From an uncultured delta proteobacterium (GTDB taxonomy: Bacteria > Desulfobacterota > Binatia > Binatales > Binataceae): DNA of 64,000 nt. Position numbers and translations under genes: made by a program. The notes beneath the pieces were generated by a model, which worked only from the letters and a program-made list of their open reading frames with translations, did not search any database and was not told where the DNA came from. The stretch spans positions 102,148 through 166,147 of the forward strand of contig CAWHNS010000020.1 in the NCBI GenBank assembly GCA_963830715.1, in the 5' to 3' direction. How positions within the stretch are numbered: the stretch's first letter is position 1; the number at the start of each line of letters is the position of its first letter. This document shows positions 20,741 to 31,160 of the stretch, piece after piece.

Positions 20741-22297
20741 ATGAGGAAACAGCCTCAGGGTAGCGGCCTCCCGGTGGGCCACGCGATTCCCGAAATCGCG
20801 CAGGCGGTCAAACTCGATATGGAGCTCTATTTTCCGGCTCTCAATCTCAAGGCCAAGCTGATGGCCTTGATAATGGTGTTGCTGGCGCTGACGCTTGGCG
20901 CGGAGGTGATCGTCAGCCTCGGAACGCAGGAGGCGATTGTCGAAGCTACCCAGGACAAGGTGCGAGACCTCGCCACGGCGATACAGATGAGCGTCCAGGA
21001 GCTGACTTCCGTCCGCAGCACCGACCGCGATCGTCTGGAGGATTTCCAGCGCAATCTGCGGGGCAGAAGCCTCGATGAAGTTACGATCGCGTCGAGCGAG
21101 AACCTAATCATCAACAGCTCGAATCCGACCCTGATCGGCACCCTGCTGGGATCGACGAGCAAGATGTCTTCCGCGATCGAGGGCGCCAGCCGTGGCGACG
21201 GCGCGAAGCGCGGCGGCGACGGAGTTCGGGTCTTCACGGTCGGACCGCCGGACGAGCAAACCACCGTCTATCAGATTCCGGTCAAGGTCGAGGATCACAC
21301 TTTCGGCTACGTCCGGGTCAGGGCCAATTTCGGCAACTTCGCAAAACCGCTTCGGGACAGCCGTTTCCATCTGATCACGCTGGGCCTGCTGATCTTCGCG
21401 ATCGCATTGGTATTCTCGTACGTGCTGGCCGAACGCTACGTCGATCCGATTCACGCCGTCGCCGCGGCGGCGCAGAATATCGCGGCGCGCGGGCTCGAGC
21501 CGGTTCCCGAAGCGCACCGGCGCGACGAGATCGGGTTGTTGACGCGAAGCTTCAACGAGATGGTCGCCCAGATGCGCCGCGCGCGAGAACGCGAAGTGGA
21601 GCTCAACCGGCTCGAACGTTTCACCGCGCTCGGCCAGCTCGCCGGCGGCCTCGCCCATGAAATCAAGAATCCGCTCAACTTCATCAGCCTGGCCGTCGAT
21701 CAGCTTCGCGCGCGCTATGCGCCGCAACTGAACCATGATCGCGAGAACTTCCTGCGCCAGCTCGGCATGATGAAGGACGAGATCCATCGGCTCTCGGAGC
21801 TGATCCAGAGCTTTCTGCACTACGGCAAGCCGATCGAGGTCCGCACCGCGCCGACCGATATCCGGCGCGTCGTGCGCGACGTGCTGGCGCTTTCCGAATC
21901 CAAGCTCAAGAGCCAGGGGATCGAAGCCGCCGAAGACGGCGTCGAGATTCCGGCGGTGCTCAACGTCGATGCCGAAAAAATCCGCACCTGCTTCATCAAT
22001 GTGGTCGCCAATGCCGTCCAGTCGATGCCGGACGGGGGCGTGCTGCGGATCGGATATGGCCGCGACGCCGCCAACTTCGTGATCACCTTCAGCGACAGCG
22101 GCAGCGGGATCCATCCGGAGGTGGTCGCCCACGTCTTCGAGCCGTTCTTCACCACCAAGCCCGAAGGCATCGGGATCGGCCTGTTCCTCTCGAAGGCGAT
22201 AATGGAAGGTCACGGCGGCACGATCACGCTCGCGCCCAACCAGTCGGGCTACGGCACCACCGCTACTTTCACTTTCCCGCTGAGCAGGCAGTCATGA
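20741..22297 (+). CDS. sensor histidine kinase (TM, HAMP, HisKA, HATPase_c), NtrB/ZraS-like
   Basis: LAGGLAHEIKNPLNFI H-box; FEPFFTTKPEGIGIGLFLSKAIMEGHGGTI G-boxes; 4-nt overlap with downstream regulator. Confidence 0.85.
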   Translation: MRKQPQGSGLPVGHAIPEIAQAVKLDMELYFPALNLKAKLMALIMVLLALTLGAEVIVSLGTQEAIVEATQDKVRDLATAIQMSVQELTSVRSTDRDRLEDFQRNLRGRSLDEVTIASSENLIINSSNPTLIGTLLGSTSKMSSAIEGASRGDGAKRGGDGVRVFTVGPPDEQTTVYQIPVKVEDHTFGYVRVRANFGNFAKPLRDSRFHLITLGLLIFAIALVFSYVLAERYVDPIHAVAAAAQNIAARGLEPVPEAHRRDEIGLLTRSFNEMVAQMRRAREREVELNRLERFTALGQLAGGLAHEIKNPLNFISLAVDQLRARYAPQLNHDRENFLRQLGMMKDEIHRLSELIQSFLHYGKPIEVRTAPTDIRRVVRDVLALSESKLKSQGIEAAEDGVEIPAVLNVDAEKIRTCFINVVANAVQSMPDGGVLRIGYGRDAANFVITFSDSGSGIHPEVVAHVFEPFFTTKPEGIGIGLFLSKAIMEGHGGTITLAPNQSGYGTTATFTFPLSRQS

Positions 22298-23712
22298 AGC
22301 AGGCCTCGGTGCTGGTGGTCGAGGACAACGACCCCGAACGGCAGATAACCGCCGACACGCTGCGCGAGGAAGGCTTCGCGGTCGAAGAGGCCGCGGTCGG
22401 CAAGCGCGCGATGGAGTTGCTCGCGCTCGGCCAGTTCGACGTGGTGCTGACCGACCTCATGATGCCTGGCATGTCGGGCGACGAGCTGCTCGCCAAGGTG
22501 CGCTCGGCTTATCCGGCGACTCAGGTCGTGATGCTCACCGCGCACGGCACGGTCGACAACGCCGTCAAGGCGATGAAAACCGGGGCATTCTACTATCTGA
22601 CCAAGCCGACCGATCGCGAGACCCTGGTGATGACCGTCGCCAAAGCGGCGGAACTGGCCAATGAGAAGCAGGAGAACCTGCTGCTGCGCACGCGGCTCGG
22701 CGGCAAGCTCGCGATAGAAGGAATCATCGGACAGGACCCCGCGATCCTGGAGGTGATCCGGATCGTCCACAAGGTGGCGCCCTCCAGCTCGACGGTCTCG
22801 ATCCAGGGCGAGAGCGGCACCGGCAAGGAGATAATCGCGCGCGCGATTCACAAGCTCTCGCCGCGCGGCGCGCGCCCGTTTATCGCGATCAACTGCTCCG
22901 CTATCCCCGACAACCTGATCGAGAACGAGCTGTTCGGGCACGAACGCGGCGCCTTCACCGGCGCGACCGAGCGCAAGATCGGGCTTATCGAGACCGCTGA
23001 CAAGTCGACGCTGTTTCTCGACGAGATCGCCGACCTCGGGATCGGCATGCAGGCCAAGATCCTGCGCGTGCTCCAGGAGAAGGAGCTGCGCCGGGTCGGC
23101 GGCAACGAGTCGCTGCGGGTCGATGCGCGCCTGGTCGCGGCCACTAATCGCAACCTCGCCGAGGAAGTCGCCGAGGGGCGCTTCCGCGAAGACCTCTATT
23201 ACCGGATCAACGTGGTCACGATAACCCTGCCGCCCTTGCGCGATCGCCGCTCGGACATCCCGGTCCTGGCGAATCACGCGCTCGCCAAGTTCTCGCATCT
23301 GGCGAGCGGACGGGTGAAGGAGATCAGCCGCGAGGCGATGGAGGCCCTGATCGATTACTGGTGGCCGGGAAATGTGCGCCAGCTCGAATCGGCGATCGAA
23401 CGCGCGATCCTGCTATGCGAGGGCGACCGAGTCATGCGCGGCGATCTGCCGCAGGACGTGCTGGCGAGAAAGGGCGTGACGCGCGGCGCGGAACTCAAGC
23501 GCTCCGACAAATTCGAGATCCCGGCCGAGGGAATCGACTTCGAGAAATTCGAGCGCGACCTGATCCTGCAAGCGATGGAAAAGGCCGAGTGGGTAATCGC
23601 CAAGGCCGCCAAGCTGCTGGGAATGAGTTACCGCACGCTCCAGTACCGGCTCGAGAAGTTCGACATCAAGAAGCCCGACGCAAAGCCCCCTCCCGCGGAC
23701 GTGGAAGCGTGA
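22294..23712 (+). CDS. sigma-54-dependent response regulator (REC + AAA+ + Fis HTH), NtrC/ZraR family
   Basis: VLVVEDNDPER...DVVLTDLMMPGMSG; ESGTGKEIIARAIH; GAFTGA; ESLRVDARLVAATNRNL; C-terminal HTH AAKLLGMSYRTLQYRL. Confidence 0.9.
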   Translation: MKQASVLVVEDNDPERQITADTLREEGFAVEEAAVGKRAMELLALGQFDVVLTDLMMPGMSGDELLAKVRSAYPATQVVMLTAHGTVDNAVKAMKTGAFYYLTKPTDRETLVMTVAKAAELANEKQENLLLRTRLGGKLAIEGIIGQDPAILEVIRIVHKVAPSSSTVSIQGESGTGKEIIARAIHKLSPRGARPFIAINCSAIPDNLIENELFGHERGAFTGATERKIGLIETADKSTLFLDEIADLGIGMQAKILRVLQEKELRRVGGNESLRVDARLVAATNRNLAEEVAEGRFREDLYYRINVVTITLPPLRDRRSDIPVLANHALAKFSHLASGRVKEISREAMEALIDYWWPGNVRQLESAIERAILLCEGDRVMRGDLPQDVLARKGVTRGAELKRSDKFEIPAEGIDFEKFERDLILQAMEKAEWVIAKAAKLLGMSYRTLQYRLEKFDIKKPDAKPPPADVEA

Positions 23713-24033
23713 GGGAGCAGCGCGCGAATCTCGCAAACGTCCCTCGCCCAGATAGTCCCTCGCCATCGAGGTCATTGCGCCGCGGAAGGCCGGCACTCGG
23801 CCAGGTGCCGCTCGTAGTCCGCGACATTGCGTGCCGGCCCACGCGCCACCGACCAGATTCCGCCGGTGTCGAGCGTTCCAGCAGTATTGCACGCGAGATC
23901 AATCGCGCGGCCCTGCCGTCGCCGCATTTGTGAGACACAACCGAAATCATCGCCGGAACAGGCACATAAAGCTTGAACGATTCATCACATCATGATATGA
24001 TGATTTCAAACTCTGAGAAGCAACCTAAGCGCC

Positions 24034-24382
24034 GTGAATGAAGCCAAACGCGACTATGAACTGGAAGTGCTTCTGGATCTTCATGGTCACGAGTTCGACT
24101 TCGCCGGGAGCTACATCGTCAAGTACGAAGTACGCCGGGTTACGGGTACGCGGGGCCGTCCATCCGGGATCAAATACAGCCTCACGCTACACGACCCGAA
24201 GGGTAGGAGGATTTACGGAATTGACAACGCACACAAGGCGCGACGGCGACGCGAATTTGACCATTCGGCATCCGTATGGATCGACCAAACTCGTCGCTTA
24301 TGAATATCGCGGCCCGGCGGTTCTGCTTGAAGACTTCCTCCGGGAAGTCGAGCGAATCCTGACAGAACGAGGTGTCCTATGA
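24034..24382 (+). CDS. TumE-like/DUF6516-like putative toxin; frameshift ~24230-24300 (ORFs 24034..24303 and 24038..24382)
   Basis: EVLLDLHGHEFDFAGSYIVKYEV...YSLTLHDPKGRRIYGIDNAH ... IRHPYGSTKLVAYEYRGPAVLLEDFLREVERIL; ATGA-type overlap with downstream HTH gene. Confidence 0.45.
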
Positions 24383-24802
24383 AGAAGCCCACGCGAAAGC
24401 CCGGAACCTTCAAAACGGGAAGCTTTCGGGAATTCAAGGAATTCACGCTCGCCGTCGTACGAGGCGAGCGCAAAGTAGACCCGGCCGAGCCAAAAATCTG
24501 GGTCGAATCAGCCGATCCTTCCGAGAAGAGAGCCACTCTGGTTCAGTTCCAGTCGCTCAGAAGCCGGCGCGAAGCTTCTGTCGCCAAAGAACCGCGCTCT
24601 GTTGCGCCTGATCGCGGACCGGCAACCGAAATCGGTAAGCGAGCTCGCCACCCTGACCCGCCGCGCTGAACAGAACCTCCTGCGGACGCTGCACAAGCTG
24701 TCGGAAGCAGGTCTCGTACGCCTCGATAGAGGCGAGGGCCGCGCCTACCAGCCTGTAGTTACAGCGCGAAGGGTCCATTTCGAAATCGACCTTCTGGGCT
24801 GA
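24379..24802 (+). CDS. HVO_A0114-family-like winged-helix DNA-binding protein (putative antitoxin/regulator); frameshift ~24550
   Basis: FREFKEFTLAVVRGERKVDPAEPKIWVES... then KNRALLRLIADRQPKSVSELATLTRRAEQNLLRTLHKLSEAGLVRL. Confidence 0.45.
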
Positions 24803-24904
24803 ACCATACCCGTGTGGACCGAGCGCGCGAAGGCCATCGGGCTTATTTCTTTCAGGAGAGCAAGAGGTGCGGAAGAACGAAAATATCGTGCGATTTTCGG
24901 CTGA
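24803..24904 (+). pseudogene. brnT: BrnT (DUF497) toxin remnant: only the C-terminal ~30 codons remain, abutting the stop of the upstream gene
   Basis: PVWTERAKAIGLISFRRARGAEERKYRAIFG* matches BrnT C-terminus (..VVYTER...IRIISARKATKKERRIY); overlaps start of brnA as in intact brnTA operons. Confidence 0.5.
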
Positions 24905-25244
24905 CAAGGTCAGACGGAAGATTGCGCGCGGCGAGAGCAAGACTGACTGGAAGCGCGTCGAGGCGATGCCGCTGTCGGAAGTTGAACGGCTCGCCGACAA
25001 GGACGAAGGTTCCCTGGCCCCGAACTGGGAAAGCACGGTCGTGGTTGGATTGCCGCCCGCCAAACAGGATATTCACATTCGTCTTGATGGCGATATCCTG
25101 GACTGGTTCAAGGCGCGCGGCAGAGGCTACCAGACACGCATCAATGCCGTCCTCCGCGCGTTCGTCCAGACGCGGCAGCGGGTCGAACCCAAGTCCGCGA
25201 TCCGAAGTCGGTCGCGGTCGCGGCCGAAGCAACCCGTCATGTGA
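24867..25244 (+). CDS. brnA: BrnA-like antitoxin (DUF4415/RHH)
   Basis: DWKRVEAMPLSEVERLADKDEG...IHIRLDGDILDWFKARGRGYQTRINAVLRAFV. Confidence 0.7.
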   Translation: MRKNENIVRFSADKVRRKIARGESKTDWKRVEAMPLSEVERLADKDEGSLAPNWESTVVVGLPPAKQDIHIRLDGDILDWFKARGRGYQTRINAVLRAFVQTRQRVEPKSAIRSRSRSRPKQPVM

Positions 25245-26486
25245 GACCCCACCTTGGTTCGCGCGGATTCGCGGCGAGATTCACGAGCAGTAGCAGCATC
25301 ACGAGGGTCGCACCCAGTGCGAGCTCCATCGAGAGGCGCGCACCCGACGTCGCTAGCGCGAATCCCATCATCCACGGGACAAACGCCGCGCCCAGCGCGC
25401 CTCCGGCGGAGACCGTGGACGTCATGCGCCCGACGTCGGCGGGAAAGCTGGCGGCGCCGATCGCGATCATGTTCGGAAACACGGGACCGAAACCAACGCC
25501 CGCCAGCACGATCATTGCGGCGCCAAATCCGGGGCTTCCCGCTGAGAGAATCAACCCTGAAAGCGCAGTGACGCATAGCGTCGCGGCCAGGATCGACATC
25601 GGCTTGGGGGAAGATCGATTCGCCAGCGCTCCGCCGAGCATCCGGCCCGCGATTAGACCCAGCCAGAACAACGATACCGCCCACGATGCTACCGACGCAG
25701 ACAGAGCGCTGGTCGCGCGAAGGTACGAGAACAACCACGCGCCGATTCCGGCTTCCGCACCGACGTACAAAAACAGGATCAGGCCGATCATCCGAACCAG
25801 CGGATGAACGAGAACAGAAAAAGTGCCGACGGCTTCCGGGAGCGCGAGGCGAGCGCCGGCGGAAGGAGCAGCAGGAATCATCGGCGCGATCAGCACTGAC
25901 ACGGCCGCGCCCGACGCAAATGTGATCGCGTACGAGATTCCCCGCGCCATCGCGAAGCCCGCGATAATCGGGCCCAGCAGAGTCTCCGATGCCGAACATC
26001 ACGTGGAGATAATTGAGCGCGGCACCGAGCCGATTACGGTTCAAGTCGGCCACCAGAGCGTTGGCCGCGATGTCGATCGCGCCCTGGCCGAGCCCGGCCA
26101 CGAACGCTCCCCCGAGCAACAGCGGCAGACGAGTTGCGATCGCTATGCCGAACAGGTCCGCTGCCGACCAGCACCATCGCGGCGGCCAGCAATCGTTGGG
26201 TGCCGCGCTGCGCGATTTCACCCGCCGCGAGCAACGCCACCAGGTATCCGGCGGCCATCGCGCTGACGGCCAGCCCGCTGCGGTCGATCGCGACGTGAAG
26301 CGAATTCGCCATTGCGGGCAGAAAGGGACCGATCCAGCCCGCGTTCACGCCTTGAACAAGCATGCAGGCGTAAGCGAGCCGGGTGAGCCTTCGGCTGCTT
26401 GCCGCATCGGGCCGCTGCGCGCCCTCGAATTTGCGGGCGCCGGTCATTCTGTCGTCAGGCGCGATGTCGGCACGTAGAGCCAGCAT
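25237..26486 (-). CDS. MFS transporter, reading frame broken (N-terminal half ORF 26034..26486, C-terminal half ORF 25237..25950)
   Basis: 12-TM pattern; LAYACMLVQGVNAGWIGPFLP...; C-half FVPWMMGFALATSGARLSMELALGATLVMLLLLVNLAA. Confidence 0.65.
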
Positions 26487-26779
26487 CGTATCGTTCGTCC
26501 GGCTGCGTCGATCACTTCGGTGCGTTCGCGCGTATACAACATCGGCACTTCCTCGTAAGCGTCGAGCGCCGCGAGATCGGAATCGCGGAGATCGAGCAGC
26601 ACGAGGCCGGCGACCTCGCGATTTTTGCGCCTGACAATGTAGAAATACCGGCCGCGCCTGCGCTCGTATCCGGCGAGCCGCGCCGCGATCGTCTCCACGG
26701 ATCTGCCCAGGAGCCGATCTCTGAACGAGGCGTCGATCAGGCTCCCATAGACGAACAGCGATGCTGTTTCCCGGCTCAT
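26444..26779 (-). CDS. gamma-glutamyl cyclotransferase-like (AIG2/GGCT) protein
   Basis: MSRETASLFVYGSLIDASFRDRLLG... ; rest of ORF 26444..27628 is antisense to mlaE and spurious. Confidence 0.6.
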   Translation of the reverse strand: MSRETASLFVYGSLIDASFRDRLLGRSVETIAARLAGYERRRGRYFYIVRRKNREVAGLVLLDLRDSDLAALDAYEEVPMLYTRERTEVIDAAGRTIRCWLYVPTSRLTTE

Positions 26780-26866
26780 CGAGATCCCTTGTTGCAGCGC
26801 TTCTGAGCTTCGCTTACGCTCGGACCTTCGACACAGGCTAAAGCCTGTGCCACCTTCGTTAATGCC

Positions 26867-27619
26867 TTGTACCGATTTCTCGAGCAGCTCGGCGATGTCG
26901 GCCTTCTGACCCGCGATTTTCTCCGATACCTGTTCAGGCGGCCTTTCGAACTGCGCCTCCTCGTCGAGCAGATGGACAGTATCGGGGTCCGCTCGCTCAA
27001 CGTCGTCAATCTCACCGGAATCTTTGCCGGGATGGTGCTGGCCTTGCAAATGGGCCACTTCCTGGCCAAGTTCGGCGCCAAGATCTACGTCAGCCGGATA
27101 ATGGGGTTGTCGCTGCTGCGCGAGATGGGTCCGGTGCTGACCGCGCTGATGATCGGCGCGCGAGTCGGCGCCGGTATCGCCTCCGAGCTTGGCACGATGA
27201 AGGTCACCGAGCAGATCGACGCGATGCGCGCGCTCGGCTCGAGTCCGGTCCAGAAGCTGGTCGTGCCGCGAGTGCTGGCCGCGATCCTGATGCTGCCGGC
27301 GCTCACCGTCATCGCCGACGCGGTCGGTCTCTTCGGCGGTCTGCTGATCGCGGTCACCCAGCTTGGCTTGACCGGGACCTTCTTCTTCGCCTCCCTGATG
27401 CACAGCACGAGTGTCGAGGATTTCCTGAGCGGTATCGCCAAATCGGTATTCTTCGGCTACCTGATCGCCATAATCGCGTGCGCCAAGGGGCTCGGCGCCA
27501 GCGGAGGCGCTGACGGAGTGGGCCGCGCTACAACTTCGGCGGTGGTCGCCTCCGCGATAAGCGTGCTGGTCTCGGATTTCTTCCTGACCAAGCTCTTGCT
27601 TTCGTTTCCGTCCTTCTGA
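26867..27619 (+). CDS. mlaE: ABC transporter permease MlaE
   Basis: VRSLNVVNLTGIFAGMVLALQ, TEQIDAMRALGSSPVQKLVVPRVLA. Confidence 0.85.
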   Translation: MYRFLEQLGDVGLLTRDFLRYLFRRPFELRLLVEQMDSIGVRSLNVVNLTGIFAGMVLALQMGHFLAKFGAKIYVSRIMGLSLLREMGPVLTALMIGARVGAGIASELGTMKVTEQIDAMRALGSSPVQKLVVPRVLAAILMLPALTVIADAVGLFGGLLIAVTQLGLTGTFFFASLMHSTSVEDFLSGIAKSVFFGYLIAIIACAKGLGASGGADGVGRATTSAVVASAISVLVSDFFLTKLLLSFPSF

Positions 27620-28368
27620 TGGGCACAAATTCCAACCATCCGTTTATATGCGTCCGCGGCCTGAAGAAAGCCTACCACGGCAAGCCGGTGCTGCGCGGGG
27701 TGGACCTCGAAGTCAACGAGGGTGAGACCCTGGTCGTGCTCGGCGGAAGCGGCGAGGGCAAGAGCGTCCTGCTGCGGCACCTGAACGGCCTGGAACGGCC
27801 CGACGCGGGGGAGGTTGTGGTCGGCGGACGCAATCTCAACGACCTCAGCGAGGAGCAGCTTGGGCCGCTGCGATTGGAAGTGGCGATGGTCTTTCAGCCC
27901 GGTGCGCTCTTCGATTCGCTCACCGTCTACGAGAACGTCAGCTACACGCTGCGCGAGCATCAGAGGATCGACGAGGGCGCGATTCGGCGGCGGGTGACCG
28001 AGCTGCTCGCGATGGTCGAGTTGGAGGGCACCGAGAATCTCTACCCCGCCGAGCTTTCGGGCGGGATGATCAAGCGGGTCGCCTTGGCCCGCGCGATCGC
28101 GAACCAGCCCAAGGCGGTGCTGTACGACGAGCCCACGACCGGGTTGGACCCCCTGGTCACGCACAAGATAAACTTGCTCATCCGTGGTCTTCAGCAGCGG
28201 CTTTGCTACACCTCGGTGGTCGTGACTCATGACTTGAAGAGCGCATTCATGGTAGGCGATCGATTTGCCCTGCTCGACGGCGGCCGGATTCGGTTCGGCG
28301 GTACGGCAGACGAGGTGCGCAACAGTCGGGACGCATTGATGAGCGAATTCGTGAGGACCGCCCTTTAG
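27619..28368 (+). CDS. mlaF: ABC transporter ATP-binding protein MlaF
   Basis: Walker A GGSGEGKS, signature LSGGMIKRVALARA, Walker B VLYDEPTTGLD. Confidence 0.85.
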   Translation: MGTNSNHPFICVRGLKKAYHGKPVLRGVDLEVNEGETLVVLGGSGEGKSVLLRHLNGLERPDAGEVVVGGRNLNDLSEEQLGPLRLEVAMVFQPGALFDSLTVYENVSYTLREHQRIDEGAIRRRVTELLAMVELEGTENLYPAELSGGMIKRVALARAIANQPKAVLYDEPTTGLDPLVTHKINLLIRGLQQRLCYTSVVVTHDLKSAFMVGDRFALLDGGRIRFGGTADEVRNSRDALMSEFVRTAL

Positions 28369-28384
28369 AATACGAGCTGAAACC

Positions 28385-29495
28385 ATGGCCCGATCCTCGA
28401 GTCTGCGCGTCGGACTGGTTATCGCGATTGCGATCGCGATCGCGGCCGCGGCTACTTTTTCGATCGGGCAGGGAAAGCGCTTTCTAAGCGGCGCCGAGCT
28501 TCTGGAAGCGCACTTCCGGCGTATCAACGGGCTCCAGACCGGCGCGCCGGTGAGCCTGTCGGGCGTGAACATCGGGGCGGTTGAATCGATCCGGTTCCCG
28601 CAGGATCCGCAGGCCAACTACGTCGTCGTCAAGTTGTGGGTCGAAGGCCTGGCCGCGCCGCGAGTGCATATCGACTCGCAGGCGCAGATCGAATCGATGG
28701 GGCTGCTGGGGGACAAATTCCTCGAATTGACGCCCGGCACTCCGAACGCTCCCGCCGCGGAGCCAGGCACGATCCTGAACAGCACGGACCCGATAGACTA
28801 TGAGGCGATGCTGCGGACCACCAGCCAGGGAGACTTCCTCGCCAATGTGGTAACGACGACGCAATCGCTCCGCGTGATCCTAGACCGGCTGGAAAACGGC
28901 AAGGGTCTATTGAGCGAACTCATCCGCGGCAACGAGAGCGGCGGCAAGCAGTTGAAGATGGCCTCGCTGATGGAAACGCTCGATCGCCTGGACCGCGTCG
29001 CCGGACAACTCGAAGAGACCCTCAACCGCCTGAACCACGGGAACAATCTGGCCGCCGCGATGCTGAGCAACAAGACCAACGGCCGCCGGATGATGGCCGA
29101 CCTGTCCTCCTCAGCCGCGTCGCTGCGAACGACGAGCGCGCGCCTCGACCAGTTGACCGCGCGCCTGGAGAAAGCCCGCGGGACGCTGCCGCAATTGGTT
29201 GAAGATCGCCAATATGCCGCCGATTTGCTTCCGCAAATCAAACAGTCGAACTCGGGACCTGCAGGAAATCCTTCAGAAGATCAATTCCGGACAAGGAACT
29301 TTGGGCCAGATGGTGAACGATCCGTCGCTGTACGACGAGGCAAAGGGACTCGTCGGGGGCGGCGGTTGGGGATCGTCCGTGCTGCGCGGCCTCTATAGCG
29401 TGACTCATCCGTTCCGTAGCGCACCGACGCCGGGTGACGCGCCGCAGCCCGCCGCAGCCACTTCCACTTCTGCGGACCCCCCAGCTGCGCATTGA
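28385..29495 (+). CDS. mlaD: MCE-domain protein MlaD; frameshift ~29230-29270
   Basis: TM anchor + LQTGAPVSLSGVNIGAVESIRF; tail in second frame LQEILQKINSGQGTLGQMVNDPSLYDEAKGLV. Confidence 0.75.
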
Positions 29496-29595
29496 CATCG
29501 AGCGGGCCGATGTCCCAGTCGTGCGCAGATCGCGATCGAGGAGTTGCCGTGCGGCGAATGGCGTGCTAGCTGGACGATCGAGTCTCGCAGACGCG

Positions 29596-30096
29596 ATGTT
29601 CTTGAAGCATTTTATTGTCCGCGCCGGCCTGCTCGGATTTGCGTTCGCGGTTCTGTCCTGCGCGGCGGCATCGACCGGGCGCCTTGAAACCGGGATGACC
29701 CCGGACCAGGCGGTGCAGGCGATGGGTCAGCCGGACTTGAAGGACGCGGTGCCCGATCCGCGCGGCAGCGGCGGCACGGTTGTGCGCTACGCCTGGATCG
29801 GACCCGGCAAACTCGCTACCTTCGGTGCGGACAACCGGCTGGCCGAAATCGGCGATCTTCCGGCCGGCACCGCCGCTCCCGCCGCGGCTGCTCTCGCGAA
29901 CACCGGGGCTCCTGCGGCGAGTGCCGCCGCCGATTCGACGCCGCCGGCTCGCGCCTCGTTCGATCCGATCCAGACTCCGCTCAACTACATCTTCTATCCA
30001 CTGAACTTCGGGTTCACATGGCTGGGCGCGGGAGTCAACTGCGTGGCCGAGGGCCAGTGCCGGAAGCCGGAGGTAAAACCGCCCGATGCAGGGTAG
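29596..30096 (+). CDS. BamE/SmpA_OmlA-like lipoprotein
   Basis: MFLKHFIVRAGLLGFAFAVLSCAAA lipobox; GMTPDQAVQAMGQPD. Confidence 0.55.
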   Translation: MFLKHFIVRAGLLGFAFAVLSCAAASTGRLETGMTPDQAVQAMGQPDLKDAVPDPRGSGGTVVRYAWIGPGKLATFGADNRLAEIGDLPAGTAAPAAAALANTGAPAASAAADSTPPARASFDPIQTPLNYIFYPLNFGFTWLGAGVNCVAEGQCRKPEVKPPDAG

Positions 30097-30375
30097 TCGA
30101 GGCTGCGTTTCCGAGGGCCGAACTGGAAAGGATCGAAATCTGACCAGGGAAGCGGGCGAAGGCCCCCCTTTCTCTTCGCCCGGGAACCCAAGCCGCCGTA
30201 AACTGAAGGTTCACTCTACATAGTCCCGTTGTCGCCGTCAACTCAAATGCACATGCCGAAAGGGGACTGATGCGGGCCATTTGAACTCCGGTTTGGTCCT
30301 GACTACACTGGCCGCCGGCACTGGATGATTCTGATCCAATAGCGGATCGTGGAAGAGAAGAAAAAACTCGACTCG

Positions 30376-31160
30376 CCGATGGAGCTCCCTCTTCAGGCGC
30401 ATCGTCGCGTCGTCCGCAGAAAAAGTTGCCGGCAAACTGGAGGCGTGGAAGAAGCCGGAGCGTGAATTGCGGCGCCTGGTGCACAAGGATTACGTGCGAT
30501 CGCTGCGCCGCCATCTTGGCTACAGGCAATTGACGACGCTGATTTCGGCGGTCGAGGAAATCTTCTCCGACCTCGGCGGCGACCGTCTCGTCCTGTTCGA
30601 CGATCGACGGAATGCGCGAGATGGCATCGCGCCATGGCCTGCACTTCCAGGCCGGGCCATTTGAAGGCGCCGAAGGACTCGCCCTGCGGGGCTTCTACGC
30701 CGAAGCAGACCGGTGGAATCTCGAGCGGCCGCTGATCTACGTCAACAGCGCTCATGTCCCGCTTGCGGTAGCGGCAACCTTCTGCCATGAGTTCACGCAC
30801 TATCTTAGTTCCCGATTGCTCGACGCCGAGCCGCAGCCGATGCACTTCTTCTACGACACGGCATACGCTTCGCACCTCGACGATCCGGCCGAACTGGCGG
30901 CGGACGCGATCGTGACCCTGCGGGGATATCCGCGAGCCTCCGCGGTCGAGATTTTCGCCACTCCCTGGAATTGGGGCCTGGTCGCGAGAACCGGCAGCCT
31001 CACCGGAGAAGCATTCGAGCAGGTGCGCGTCCATTTCAGGAAGAGGGGCCGCTTCGACTTCCCGCTGACCCTGCCGGCCCATCAGAATTTGCACTATCTG
31101 GCTGGCATGATTCATTACGCCAAGTTACGATGGGCATTGCTCGCCGAGTACGATCTATGA
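30376..31160 (+). CDS. ImmA/IrrE-family (COG2856) zinc metallopeptidase; at least one frameshift (~30610)
   Basis: HExxH in VAATFCHEFTHYLSSRLLD; N-terminal part in ORF 30467..30664; ATGA overlap with downstream XRE gene. Confidence 0.6.

Noticed and set aside
22249-23298. 349-aa minus ORF inside the sigma-54 regulator gene
   Set aside because: Antisense to a canonical NtrC-family gene with all motifs intact.
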